A stretch of 64,000 bases of DNA from Mytilus californianus (Eukaryota). The stretch lies in NCBI RefSeq assembly GCF_021869535.1, contig NW_026262690.1:110794001-110858000 (forward strand), read 5' to 3'. Every line of letters begins with the position of its first letter. Within the stretch, counting starts at the first letter, position 1. Shown here piece by piece: positions 16,897-30,565 of the stretch. The notes below the pieces were generated by a model. The model ran no database searches and was not told where the DNA came from. It saw nothing but the letters and a program-made list of their open reading frames with translations. A program made the translations under genes and the position numbers.

Positions 16897-17470
16897 ATAG
16901 ATAATCATTGAACCTTGAATCTGCCAATGAATACAACAAAAAATCAGAAGACATAAATATTAACATTTGGTTACTGATCATCTCTAAAGTATAACACAAA
17001 CCAATGAGAACAACACAATTATTGCACTAAAATACAGACATCTTGGTTCTGTAAACATTTACAAAATGTTCAATAAAGAGAAACAGAAGAAATAAGAAAA
17101 AAAAATGAACTAAAAAATTGGACAATCAACTCATATCAATCTCTCTTTTCCATAGGATCCATAGTGCAAATATATTGTACATTGTACATGTATTATATTT
17201 TATTTTTAGTCAAATATATATTATCTCAAAAAAATTTCTTTTGAAACTTCTTATTTTTATCAAAAAGTATATGCTTCATATCAAAGTATTATAAAAACTA
17301 GATTTGATTTTTGCTTCAATAACAAATGTGTAATGTAAAAAGTCAACAACAATTCTATATATTTTTAAAATCAACGGAGCACTATTACTAATCACAAGCA
17401 TGCTGAAAGGACCTTTACATACATTAGTGTAATATAAACTATGTCATAATAATGTTACCATGACTACATA

Positions 17471-20012
17471 TCAATTCTTAGATTGTTGAAATTTATCGAT
17501 CAGCTGTCTAACCCAACCTCTTATTACAATCAGATTATTCAAATCAATGTTCAGTTGGTCCAGTTTGCTAGTGGACACGGTCGTAGACATCTCATCACTG
17601 TAACGATTGACTGATGGAAGACGATATGTTGCATCAGACATCTCCCTACGTAGACATGGTCGGTCAAATTCAGATAATCGGGGAGGTAACTCTTTATCGA
17701 CACTAACACTTCTTACTTGTCTTTCTTCACTTGAAGGACGACTAGATATTCGTAATTCTCTTTCAACAACAAGGTCTGCTGTAGAATCTGAGTTCTCGTT
17801 CAACACTGGATGGTCGACTACTTGACTTATAACAATTTGTATGAAGACTTTCTAGTCTTTTTTTAATAATAGCACCAGGTTCTCTCTGTTTGACCTTAGT
17901 TACAGGAATCTGAACAGGTTGAGTTTTCTCCTCAAGTTTTTGTACATATGATTTAATAGGAACACGAGCGGGTATTTTATATTCTGATTTTGTTGTATTT
18001 TGATCTGGGTCCATTTCACAATAAACGGCAGAGTCACGAAACGGTTCCCCATCATCGAAAGCAATAAAAATTGTTTCTCGTAAATACTGTCTGTTGAAGA
18101 TAGTGATCCTACTCTTTTGATTTCAGATTTATCATCGCTACTCTGACTCCGAGGTGAGTCATCAGTAGTATTGACGAAAGCCATATCACCTTGTATGGAG
18201 AAGGCAGAGTCACAGTTTTGAAGATGCAAATTTTCAGATGCCTCCAAGTCTTCAATTTGAATATTTGTGGAAGGTTTTGTCTGACCATTAACATCAACTT
18301 TGCATTGATCACATTTATCCTTTGGTCGAGTGAGAAACAGTGTAAGACGATATAGGTAGGCTCTTGTTCAGCCATTCTTTGGCCGATGAAAGGACTACCC
18401 CAGTTCCCAGCATGTAAAACCGTTTGTAAATTTGTACTGGTACCCTCTTTAGCTTTGTTAGTAAACAAGGACAACAAACTTGATCTGGTTTCCTTAGGTT
18501 TTGATTTGTCATTGTCTAATTCATTATCAGAGCTATCCCGATTGTCATATGAACCAGAACGTCTATGAGACAGTTTCTGTTTTAAATCGTGGATTTTATG
18601 CTTCAGTGATCCCATAAAATTATCCACACCTGGAGAGTTTGGCGCTGTATCTGTACTCTCATATGAAGAGTTAGAAAAATTAGAAACACAAGAATCCCGT
18701 TTTTTTTCTTCATTTTCTACAGGGTAATTTATGACATTTGAAGGAAATTAAACCGAACTGACTGTTGATGTGGATTCCGAACGTTTCAAATAATCCTCCA
18801 TTTCTGCTATAATCTGTTCATGGTCCTTGACGATATGGTGATCATCACATAATGAAGGACTACTAAAATGTCTCAGTGGATGTTTATGTAATGTCGATGT
18901 TGGGTTAGAATTTGATCTGTTTAATTTTGGTTGTGACTTCGCAACTTTTACAACGGGTAAAGCACCAAAATTAGGAAAATCATTGAGTTTTTCTGATTTG
19001 ATATGATTGTCATCCAAACAATTGTCTGATTTTGATTTAGCTGACGGAAAGCGTAAAACTTTAGACATATGTTTTTTGAAATCTAAATGATTATCTCCCT
19101 TTTGTATCCTAACTGAGTTATCTCCCTGTAAATGTTCACGTTTTATTTGTGCCTGAGCCAAATCCATTGTTGATCTTGGTGGGGTGCAATATTTATATAA
19201 TTTTGGCCCAATGTCGAATCCGTTTACAGGAAGTGAATTTCTATTGGCATAAACTATCCAGTCCATTTTGTCAATATCCCCTTCACAACCAGTAAAATGG
19301 GTCCTTGTATGATTCTGTGGGACTACCAGTGTTGAGGTCTTCCTTTCCCATGGATGTTCATTGATTATCTCCCCTGATTCAGCACCACATGATACAGACT
19401 TTTTAATGTTCTGTTTTTTAGGCATTGTATCAAATAATGATATAAATGGTAGAGGTTTTGTTAATGTTATTGGTCCCACTTTCTCACCAATGAAGAGTTT
19501 TCCTGAGTAGTGATTTCTTCACTACACTTCCTGTGTTTATGCAGTAATGGAGATGACGGTTCCAGAGTGTTTAATACCGGCATACTAGAATATCGACTGT
19601 GTCGTGACAGAGACCCTGAATTATCATTGCACAGTTTTTCTGTTTCACTCCTCATGAATTTATTAAATGTTTTAGGTGAACTTGAAATTTTCAGATGGAG
19701 TTGATAGAGAAGAGAAGGAAAACTCTAGTCCTGACAATTTTTTTGACGGTGTGTAAAATGCATCTTGTTCGTGACTGTTTGGAGCTATGGATTCCAATGT
19801 ATCATTAGATACTGAGAGTAATGGTTTCAATTTGGTTGCACCTTTGAAACTTTTAGACCTCCTAGAGGATGTTGGTGTTTCATGTTTAACTTGTGAGGTA
19901 TTCTCTTTGTCATCTAAGTGTCCAAAGTCCACAGATCTCAAAGGCTGACGTTTTACAGCCTGCCTGAAACTAATACTCCTTCCAACTTTTGTCGGCGAGA
20001 CAGATGGAGTGT
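17471..20012 (-). pseudogene. Large disrupted coding exon of an unidentified Ser/Lys/Asp-rich, probably disordered protein (~800+ aa)
   Basis: ORFs 19672-19941, 19467-19655, 18748-19479, 18109-18627, 17900-18247, 17763-18014 and 17471-17806 tile contiguously and join through about 5 frameshifts plus one in-frame TAA (18748-18750; the frame continues FPSNVINYPVENEEKKRDS..). Candidate phase-1 acceptor TTTTGAG|AC at 20013/20012. Could be a pseudogene or assembly indels. Confidence 0.7.
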
Positions 20013-20149
20013 CTCAAAATACCCGATATAAATTCACCCCCCCAAAAATGTTTATTTGCATTTAATAGTGTATGTAAATCAACTTTTTATCATCAAATTT
20101 ACAACAAACAGCTTCATTGTCATAAGTATAAAATGTATTTTAATGTAAT

Positions 20150-20232
20150 TTTAATATTTAATGTTATTTTTAATATTTAATGTTATTTTTAATATTTAAT
20201 GTTATTTTTAATATTTAATGTTATTTTTAATA
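20150..20232. repeat. 20-bp tandem repeat x4
   Basis: TAATGTTATTTTTAATATTT repeated. Confidence 0.9.
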
Positions 20233-21779
20233 TAAAATATTCATGCCAAAACCATGATTTTGTGAAAATATACAACGGTTTGTAAAGATGCTTGAACAAT
20301 TCAAAATGGCCGATGGAAAATAACCCAAGTTCGTGCTTTTCGGGACAATAAAAAGAACCCAAATAGTCAAAATATAATACAACTGGTTAATTCTTTTAGT
20401 ACAAAAATGATCACCATGCTTATGAACTGATAAAATATTTTTATGTAAAGTAAGCCACAAGTCTATTGAAAAATATTATGAAAGAAATGGACAGAATTAA
20501 ATATCATAGACAGGCCAATAGTGGATAAATCATTGTAACAATCATTACATTGAAGAAACTTTCATGTTAAATAATGCTGACTTGTTCTCATTATCAATTA
20601 AACAACTGTAACAAGTCCGAGAACAAATCGATATTTGAAACCTACAAAATTTTCATATCAGTATAGGGCAGATACATCAATCAGTTTTCCGACAAAATTT
20701 AGAATTATGAAGATCGCTATTTAAATTATTAAAAGTGACAGCAAATAATTTTTAGCACATGTTTTGACCAAATGAATTAAACTGAATGTAAATACTAAAA
20801 GTTTATAAAAACCACTGAGAACTAATTATAGATAATGTAAGAATAAGAAGAAATGCTCACTCTAGTACTGGGCGTGGAAGGTGAGTGAGCCTATTCTTAC
20901 CTTTCTGGTGGTGGACTCTGTAATGATAAAAATCTATCTGTAATATGCCAAAATTTGAAAAAAAAGAAGAGGGAAATACCATGGGTACATTCAAAACTCA
21001 TTAGTAAAAAAAAAATAACAACGACAGGGCAAAAAACAAACACGACTCAACAGAATAACAAATCCACACAACTCTACTTAACTAAAGATTGACGACACAA
21101 ACCCAACAAAAAACAAGGGTGCACACAGGTACTCCAGGAGGGTAAGCAGTTCCTGTTTCACATGTGACACCTGTCATGTTGCTTATACATGTTCAAACCC
21201 GGTGAAAAGACTCATTTGTTGATTTGGAAGTTTTTTTGGAAAAATCACTGTTATACTTGTGCAGGATTTAACGGATTTTAACAAAATTTTTATGAGTAAA
21301 GCCATCATATGAGATCGAGAGTGACATTTCCTAAACCGGATGTAGTAAATTATCTCCCTTATTTCAGATAAGATTTTAAAGAAACCAATATTTTTTTAAT
21401 TATACCAATATTTACTTTAAGTAAACCGCAGTTATCTTATTGATTATTCAAAAAATTAACAACTTTCTAAGTAAATGTTATGTTATGTTTTCCAAAGACG
21501 AGGAATTTAAAAAAAAAACTGTTACATCTTCCTAGCTTTTCTTTGGTAGTCTTTCTTTTTCTGCCATGGCCACGCATTGTCAGTTCGGTTCCGGATGATG
21601 AGTTTCAATATCCACTTGGAATCTTTCGCTTCTCTTTTATAGTTTTAAGAGCTGTTCAGATCGAAATGACCGTTTCAGATCAAATGGGTTCACTAGACTT
21701 TAACAAACTTTGAAAAAAACTAAAGTATAACTAATTCATGATTAAATGAGATGATGTGTCTTCCAAGGGGATATTCAAA

Positions 21780-22915
21780 CAATTCCTTTAGTAAGCGAGA
21801 CGACATTCCTTCAAAGCACACAATGAAAAAACTTTAACAAATTCCTTAGTATGAAGCAAAACATGCCTTCTACAAACGATGAAAAAAAGCATAACAACTT
21901 CCATAGTAACAAACAAGACATGTTTTCCACAAATGATGAAAAACTATAACAACTTCCTTAGTAAGCGAGACAACATGCCTTCAAAGAACACAATGAAAAA
22001 ACGTAAACAACTTCCGTAGTAAGAAACGAGACACATGACTTCTACAAACGAGGAAAAAACTATAACAACTTCCTAAGTAAGTGGGATGAAATGTCTTCTA
22101 CAAACGAGGAAAAGCTATAACAACTTCCTCTGTAAGCAAGACGGCATCCCTTCAACGAAAGAATAAAAAAATGTGACAACTTCATTAGTTTGAGTCTTCC
22201 TCTAACAATGAAAAAACGTTAGCTACTTTCTTAGCCATTGAGACGGCACGTCTTCCACAAACGATGAAAATACCATTACTACTTTATTAGTAAAAAACAC
22301 GACATGCCTTCTAAAAACTATTAAAAAATTGTAACAACTTCCTTAATAAGCAAGACGACATGCCTTAAACAAACGATGAAAAACTATATCAACTGTCATA
22401 GAAAGTGAGAAGACATGTTTCCCGCAAACGATGGAATATCAAGCTCATCTCTTGAAAATACAAGAAAAAAACTTTTCGCATTTTTAATTTTATGATTGTA
22501 CTATAAATATAATTTCTATTTAGGTCAATGGTATTTGTCTACTTGTTTTATTTATGTGCTCTTTTATACAGTGTATTAGTATTGTTTTGCTTTTCTAGTA
22601 CCCTTTTCATTTTGTATATTTATCTTTTAAAAATTATGTTTTCTTATGTGTAGACGTAGAAGGCCACGTTGCGGATTAACTGTTTTGTTAACTGTGTAAC
22701 CTTCTGAAAATAAAACAAAAATATCATTATTATTAAAAGAAAAGCTATAACGACTTTCTTAGAAGTAACACGGCATGTGTTCTACAAACGATGAAAAAAC
22801 TATAACAATTCCCTTAGCAAGCGAGATGACATGCCTTAAACAAACGATGAAAAAACTATAACAACATTCTAAGTAAGTGAGACGACACGTTGTCCACAAA
22901 CGATGAAACAAATCT
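21780..22915. repeat. ~57-58-bp minisatellite in two blocks (21780-22440, 22740-22915), ~15 copies
   Basis: Consensus ACAACTTCCTTAGTAAGCGAGACGACATGCCTTCTACAAACGATGAAAAAACTATA. Confidence 0.9.
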
Positions 22916-23899
22916 GTATAAACACGTCCGGTCGTTTTTTGGATGTTAAATCTGATTGCCCTTGTTAAGAGAGTGGCACACCAACTACACATGAAAGACA
23001 CTTTAAAATATCGATAAGATTCGTAGGTTAAATATTCCAAAGCATTTTAGCATGTCTCCTCCTCTCACCAAAGTCTCTCTGTCAAGTAGGAGTCTTTGTT
23101 TCCCACCACTCTTCTCCTTGTTAGACTGCATAGAAAAATAAACATTAAGAACAATAAACCCCGCTTATAGCTGGTTTTATGCACCGAAATGGTATGAACA
23201 ACTGGTACTTTTCCTGTTGCTTATGACATGTGAAAATCATATAAGTCGATTTGATGGTCAGTCATAAACAAGACGGCGGACGGGATTGTAACTACGACAA
23301 ATGAAAAAAATACATTCAAACATGACACAGACATTTTTCGGCAAATAAAAAGTATCTATATTGTCATCTATGAAGCAGACTTGCTGTAATGAAAATGAAT
23401 TTTACTTTTACATAGTTTATATTAAGAATTCTTATTTTTAACAGCTCTCTTATGAACAGTAAGCATGCCCCTCATAGTAATCATGTATGGAAGTATTTTG
23501 TACTGCTTAACTATGACGTCTTTAATTTATAGTTTCTTTTGAACAATAGCTACACAAATGTCCCTCTTCTATGAGAAAAATAACAAAGAAAATTTTACAC
23601 AAAATCAGTCTCTGAATTATTCACAACATTTAAATTGTAATGAAAAACGGCCTTCACAAATGAGAACAACAACCCTATAGTTAAAAACAGCTGGGGATCC
23701 ATACGATCGAGAAAATCAAATAAATGTAAATCACGTAGGTAAGACATGTTATCAAGTATAGACTAGTAGACAAATTAACTTGCACCCTTTAAATTGTGAA
23801 TATATAATTTATCGGTCACACAATTGGTTGAAATGAGTTTTTTTTATAAAATTTTAGAGAGTTGAAACATTGTAGTTAAATGTTGTAGCAAGGTAAATT

Positions 23900-23901
<2 letters not shown>

Positions 23902-23942
<41 letters not shown>
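23902..23942. repeat. (TA)n microsatellite
   Basis: ~20 TA units. Confidence 0.97.
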
Positions 23943-23945
<3 letters not shown>

Positions 23946-24267
23946 AAGTCTAACTATATATATATACATAGTTAAAGTATTAGCTTTCAGTTATAAATTA
24001 CATTCAATGAATATACAAAATTATACCCTTTCCAAACACTCAAATGAATATACTGCTGACGAATTTACGTAACATCAACTCAGGTATGACATAGCGATTC
24101 AAATTTCAAAAACTTATTTTGCTTTCTGATTATGTATAAGAGTTTAAGAGATCAAAATATATCAAATTGACATTTTATAGACAATCGAAGGTAAAAATTA
24201 ATTCACGGTAAATCTGTGTTAAATATTTCCTCAGTATAATAATAAAAACTGTGTCTGCAGGATAACA

Positions 24268-24413
24268 ATGCACCTGATAACATTTATGATGCTGTTTATT
24301 GGAATAGATTGCTTCAATATTGATACAGACAATATAGTCAATATTCTCGGACCAGAAGGAACACATTTTGGATATTCTGCTGTAATGTTTAGCAATGAGG
24401 ACAGTCAGAAATG
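24268..24413 (+). CDS. Integrin alpha coding exon 1
   Basis: MHLITFMMLFIGIDC-FNIDTDNIVNILGPEGTHFGYSAVMFSNEDSQKW; upstream acceptor TCTGCAG at 24260; phase-2 donor GTCAGT. Confidence 0.92.
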
Positions 24414-25454
24414 GTCAGTATGTGTGATACTATAATATGAGGTTATACATACACATATCATAGAAATTAAAAGGAAAAAAGGGAAAACAAACCAGCATAT
24501 CTGTAATATTGGGCATACTGTAAAACATGGTATGGTACGATGGTATGATATGTGTTATGGTATAGTGGTAATACCACCATACTATGGTTTGCATGAAGTT
24601 CATTCATTCATAAATAATCATATAGTTCATAGTTCACGCACGTGTTGTGTTGATAGACATAGTAGTTAAGGGCGCGTCGTATTGCAAAATGTATTAGTGT
24701 TGACTTTTTGCTCTAGCATTGTATTAAAGTATGTTAACCAGTACCACATGTCTTGTCTCTCAGTTATTATATATAGGCTACCAACGTTACAATATCATTC
24801 ATCTAGGTACTTCAACTTTCTAACAACTTTACATCGAGCATTTAAACAAAAGTTTTATAGTTGCATACTATTGTCTATTTGTAAATAAGATTAAAAAGTG
24901 TGCTGTTGTCTAGGTTACTTTCTCTAGCTTGTCAAAAAAACCTTTTTAGACTTGATACACGTTATAGATATTTTAATTGTTACAAAATCAATCTGAACGA
25001 TTACTAAGAAACGACTTCTTTGATTTGCAAAGCTTTTCTAATTGTCAGCAAAAAGTATAAATGTATTTAAAAGTAAAATAACAAAAATACCGAACTCTTC
25101 GGATAATTAAAACGGAAAGTCCCTTTTCAAATGGCAAAATAAAAAGCTCAAACACATCAAATGAATGGAAAACAACTGTCATATTCCTGACTTGGTACAG
25201 GCATTTCCTTATGTCGAAAATGGTGGATTAAACCTGGTTTTATAGCTAGCTAAACTTCTCACTGGTATGCCAGTCGCATACAATTCCATTATATTGACAA
25301 CACTGTGTGATCAAAACGAACAGACATAATAGGTAAAAATGTCAAAAATTGGGGTACAGCAGTCAACATTGCAACTAGCAATAAAACTTCGATCAAGCTA
25401 TTGTTTACTCGAGGAAAGTGAAACGGAGGTGAGAATGAATATAATTGCACAAAA

Positions 25455-26390
25455 GTGAAATAATGATGATTTGTCCACTCAGAACAATAAAACTGATTTG
25501 TCCACTCAGAACAATAATACTGATTGTATCACTCATAACAATGATACTCATTTGTCCCCTCAGAACACTAATACCGAATTGTCCCCTTAGAACCATAATA
25601 CTAATTTGTCCACTCAGAACATTAACAAAAAGTAAAATCACAAAAATACTGAACTCCGAGGAAAATTAAAAAAGGAAAGTCCCCAATCAAATGGCAAAAT
25701 CCAAAAAAACAAACACATCAAACGAATGGATAACAACTGTCATATTCCTGACTTGGTACAGGTACTGATTTGTCGACTCAGAACAATAATACTGATTTGT
25801 CCATTCAGAACATCAATATTGATTTGTCCACTCAGAACATTAATACTGATTCGTCGACTCAGAACAACCATACAGTTTTGTCCACTCAGAACAATAATAC
25901 TTATTTGTCTACTCAGAACATTAATACTAATTTGGCCACTCAGAGCAATAATACTGATTTTTCCACTCAGAGCAATAATATTGATTTGGCTACTCAGAAC
26001 ACTAAAACTGATTTGTCCACTCAGAACATTAATACTGATTTGTCTACTAAGAGTAACAATACTGATTTGGCCACTCAGAGCAATGATACTGATTTTGCCT
26101 CTCAGAACAATAATACCGATTTGTACACACACAGCATTAATACTGATTTGATAGCTATTGAACCAGGTTTAACCACCATTTTCGGAATATGCTTTCACTT
26201 GTTTCGTTCATTGATAACGTTTGATTTTGTCAGTTTTTATGGACTTCCCCTTTTGAATTTGCCTTTGAGTTCAGTATTATTGTTATACTTTTTTATCCAC
26301 TCAAAACATTAATACTGATTTGTTCACTCAGAATATTAATACTGCTTTGTCGACTTAGAAAGTTAGTACTCATCTGTCCACTGCTCTATT
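25455..26390. repeat. 27-bp minisatellite, interrupted by a dispersed-repeat fragment (25625-25762)
   Basis: Unit TCCACTCAGAACAATAATACTGATTTG; source of the 9-aa periodic ORFs 25726-26151, 25740-26132, 25770-26312. Confidence 0.92.
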
Positions 26391-27744
26391 AAACTTGGGA
26401 CTATTAAACTAACACTATATTATGTCCAAGATTAAACATAATCCTACTTAATTTAATTCGATGGTACATTTAACTGCTTGATATAATTCCTATAGTTGCT
26501 TACCTCCACATCATTGGGACTGTTATCGATATTTGTGTCATTTATAATCATGCCACATCTCCTTATTGTTATACGAAAAGACATATAGTACTGATAAAAG
26601 AGTACTCGAAGTTACTGAAAGCCAGTTCAAAGCCAATGACAACTGATAAATACAATATGTTTTCCCAGACTTGAATATCAATCAGTAGACATCAACACAT
26701 TTAGTGTAAATACGTCACAAGCAGCGCGAGATGAAAACCTCAAGAACATGACCCTGTGCCATGCCAAAATATAAGTATCGATATAATGTAGGATCATAAA
26801 TGTTCATAAATGTATAGCAATGATTATACATATTTAGTTTTTTTTAATAACAAAATCAATATTATAACCGATTAGGACAATATTCAATTTCTTATTTCAA
26901 ATAAATTAACGAACCTTTTAGACTATTTTTTTTCAAAGGATCAATTTATTTGGATCATGTCTAAATTTACGGACTCAAAGTAAAATAAATGGGATGTGAT
27001 ATCCCGTTTGTGGTTTAAAGTAATTTGCGGTAACGAAATCGCTCATTTTATAATTTACCAGTAAAGCATAGATTAGAGTACCCTCATGGAAATCGAAAGC
27101 GTCACTTCAGATAAGGCAATATTATCACCAAAGTGACGGCAAATTGTTGTTGAAATTATTATAAATTTTGGTGGGGTTCTTTGTGGCTCAGTTTTGTTAC
27201 TTTTCTATGTTTTGTTGACTTGTTTGTCTTTTGGTTTTTTCTTTGCCATGGCATTGTCAGTTTGTCTTTGCCTTATGACTTTGAATATCACTTTTGGTAT
27301 ATTCTGTTTCTCTTTTATATGGAATTAAGATGGATCTTTACTAAGTTTACTTTCTCATTTACACATACCCCAATATGTTCTTTAAGTCATTTACATATAC
27401 CCTAGTATGTTATTTAACTAATTTACACATACCCACTATGTTCTTTTACTCATTTGCTTTCTCATTCAAATTAGTCCAGCCTTAGCCTCAGTGAATTTTT
27501 TTCATATTTTATATTTTTCTGTTGTCACTTCACTGAGTGACAACAGGATAAAAATAAAAAAATAAAATAAGTCACTATGTTCAGAGCTGGGCTACATTCA
27601 TAAATACCGCATATGTTCTCTAACGCAGTTGCGTTCTCATTCTTTTCCGAAATACTAAGGGTTACCCTTGCTTTATTTTGCAAAACCTTTCGGAATTTTG
27701 GGTCCTCAATGCTCTTCAACTTCGTACCTTATTTGGCATTTGGC

Positions 27745-28225
27745 GTTGCGGGGGACATAGAAATACCGGGCGTCCGTCCGTCTGGTCATGTTAGCGCTCT
27801 CCCGTGTACAATTCTTACCAGATTTTTATGAAACTTATATCATATGTCTTTAACGAGTTCAAAAATCAGTGCCGATCAATTATATTTAAAAGACTTATGC
27901 CCCTTGGAAGCATTGATTATATGGCAAATTGTATTGTAAATGCTCTTGCATGTACAATTTTTGCCAGATTTTTATCAAATTCATATCAAAGGTATATAAC
28001 AGCAATGTCTCAGACAATTTCAAAAATAAGTGCCAATCAAATATTTTTAATAAATTTGTCTTGGAAATATTGAATATATCGGAAATTGCTCTAAAGTCTT
28101 CAACTCTTCAGTAAGATAATTTTTAAAAATATTTAAAGAAAAACAAAATTTTTTTTTTGTTATTGTCCTTGGTCAGAACAAATGAAATATGTGCAACGCG
28201 GGGGACATTGGAACTCTGTTCTCTT
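27745..28225 (+). mobile_element. HINE/DINE-1-like non-autonomous Helentron derivative
   Basis: GCGGGGGACAT at both ends, (GTCC)n microsatellite near the 5' end, two ~135-bp core repeats. Confidence 0.65.
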
Positions 28226-28544
28226 ATTGATTCGAGCTTTATTTTGTAATTCATTTGATTGTATGGCTCAAATTGTGGGCACCATGATTGGTTAATAAAT
28301 TATCTTATCTTATATCCAAATTACAAACACTCTAAAAAGAAACAATTTACAATGCACGGACTCGTCATACTGGATCATCATTTCTTGTGTGTTTTAGAAT
28401 AGACGCCATCTAATGAACCATCGAAAGGGTCCTTTAAAGAATAAAATTGAGAATGGAAATTGGGAATGTGTCAAAGAGACAACATCCCGACCATAGAGCA
28501 GACAACAGCCGATTGTCATACGACTCGATATAAACATAAACATA

Positions 28545-29040
28545 CACAAGTGTAAATTGAAAACAACGTTCAAACCTATGATTGCATTGGATAAAAACCG
28601 CAATTTTTATACGTGTGCATGCAAAACAAATTTCTTGGTAGAGGGGTCTAAATACAGCACAAACAACATTTTCCAAAAGATCAAATGAGTGAAAAAGTAT
28701 ATTTTAACAAAACGCATTTGACTAGCAGGTCGAACAACTGATGTTCTTAAACCCTGCAGACTGCCATTGGTGATTGCCAAATAAACGGATCACAAGATGT
28801 AACAAAATAGATCTTTTTATTAATTTATTACTAAACAGAAAACAATAAAGTTGCGGAAAAGATGGTATACCGCAAACATGAGGTGCAAAAATTTGAACAC
28901 CATATCCGGATTTCGACAATTAATGTCTCTTCAGTAATGTTAGGAATCGAAACGGTATTTGGAAGGCCATATAATTTACCTCAATTTAGGATAGACTCTT
29001 GAATTTTGAAAGAGTCAAAATAGGATGAACGGATCTAAAC
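28545..29040 (+). repeat. Dispersed single copy of the ~545-bp unit tandemly arrayed at 59820-61215
   Basis: Near-identical to the 59820-60360 unit (AAATTGAAAACAACGTTCAAACCTATGATTGC...ATAGGATGAACGGATC). Confidence 0.9.
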
Positions 29041-29859
29041 ATAAATATATACACAGACAGGCACGTGTAATCGTGTGACAACGGTTGTTTTTAGGTCAGT
29101 TTGATTTCATGCCATTGACGAAAAAATGTGTAAATCATCTTTTCACCTGAATAAGAATGTTTTTTCATGTGTGCAAAATCAGTCAGGAAACGGATCTTCC
29201 CCGTGGCTCCCTAGTTTTACTTTCTAATGTTAACATTCTTTTCTTTTTAATAACTGAACATGCTTAACACACGCGTTACCCATCTTCAGCTGTAGGTTAA
29301 ATTGAAGGTCGGATGAACATGTATTCAAATGATTTGAACTGTTGACTTACAAGCCAATTATACATTACCGATGGGTTTTTTTTTTATCTTATTTTGACGA
29401 AATTGAATCAAGCTGACTGCAAATAGCGAAATTATCATTTCACAATTCCGCATTTATAAATGTTTAAAACAAAAGAAATTGGATTTTATTTTTTGATCAA
29501 AATCGGCGCTTTTATCTCCAAGTACAAATTTTTTAGCGTTCTAGATGGAGGTAAATCCAGAAAAGCCCTTTGGACGCGCACAGTTTATAGTGCTATTTTC
29601 ATTTCTATCGTCCACTGTTTTATTTCAAAAACTATTTGTGAATTGTCCCTTTGCTCAAGGAAGGAGTGGATACATTGTTGTTGTTGTCCTTACACGTCCT
29701 CCTGCTTTTAATAAATGTCCATGATAACATTAACCCAGCACATATTGCAGAATTTGTAAATTTGGAAGTTAAGACTATAATTGTGAATCGTGCCACGGGT
29801 TTGGGATTTCTTTGTCCTATTGACAGAATTATGTACGTTATGGATGAATTACACATTAA

Positions 29860-30565
29860 TCATATCATAAATTATATATATATATCAGTCTTAGTGATGA
29901 AATTACACTTGAATCATATCATATATTATATATATTAGTCTAAGTGATGGAATTACACACGATTCGTATCATACATTTTATATATGAGTCTAAGTGATGA
30001 AATTACACACGCTTCGTATCATACATTTTATATATCAGTCTTAGTGATGAACTTACACATGCATCGTATCATACATTATATATATCAGTCTAAGTGATGG
30101 AATTACACATGCATCGTATCATACATTATATATATCTGTCTACGTGATGGAATTACACATGAATCGTATCATACATTAAATATATGGGTCTAAGTGATGG
30201 AATTACACACGATTCGTATCATACATTTTATATATCGGTCTAAGTGATGGAATTACACACGAATCGTACCATACATTTTATATATCAGTCTTAGTGATGG
30301 AATTACACATACATCGTATCATACATTATATATATATATCAGTCTAAGTCAAGGAATTACACATGCATCGAACGTATCATACATTTTATATATCAGTCTA
30401 AGTGATGGAATTACACATGAATCGTATCATACATTATATATATCAGTCTAAGTGATGTTATTACACATGCATCGTATCATACATTTTATATATCAGTCTA
30501 AGTGATGGAATTACACATGAATCGTATCATACATTATATATATCTGTCTACGTGATGGAATTGTA
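29860..30565. repeat. 50-bp minisatellite, ~14 copies
   Basis: Unit TATATCAGTCTAAGTGATGGAATTACACATGCATCGTATCATACATTATA. Confidence 0.95.

Noticed and set aside
16616-16999. 127-aa minus-strand ORF
   Set aside because: Its middle is a MITE with a poly-G run; removing the MITE does not give a convincing exon
20302-20312. YY1-like CAAAATGGCCG motif between the divergent genes as a promoter
   Set aside because: A single short motif with no TSS evidence
27655-28240. Repeat fragment that might lead into a retrozyme hammerhead (..TTATTTGGC / TGATTCGAGC)
   Set aside because: Interrupted by the HINE-like element and truncated before any CTGATGA core
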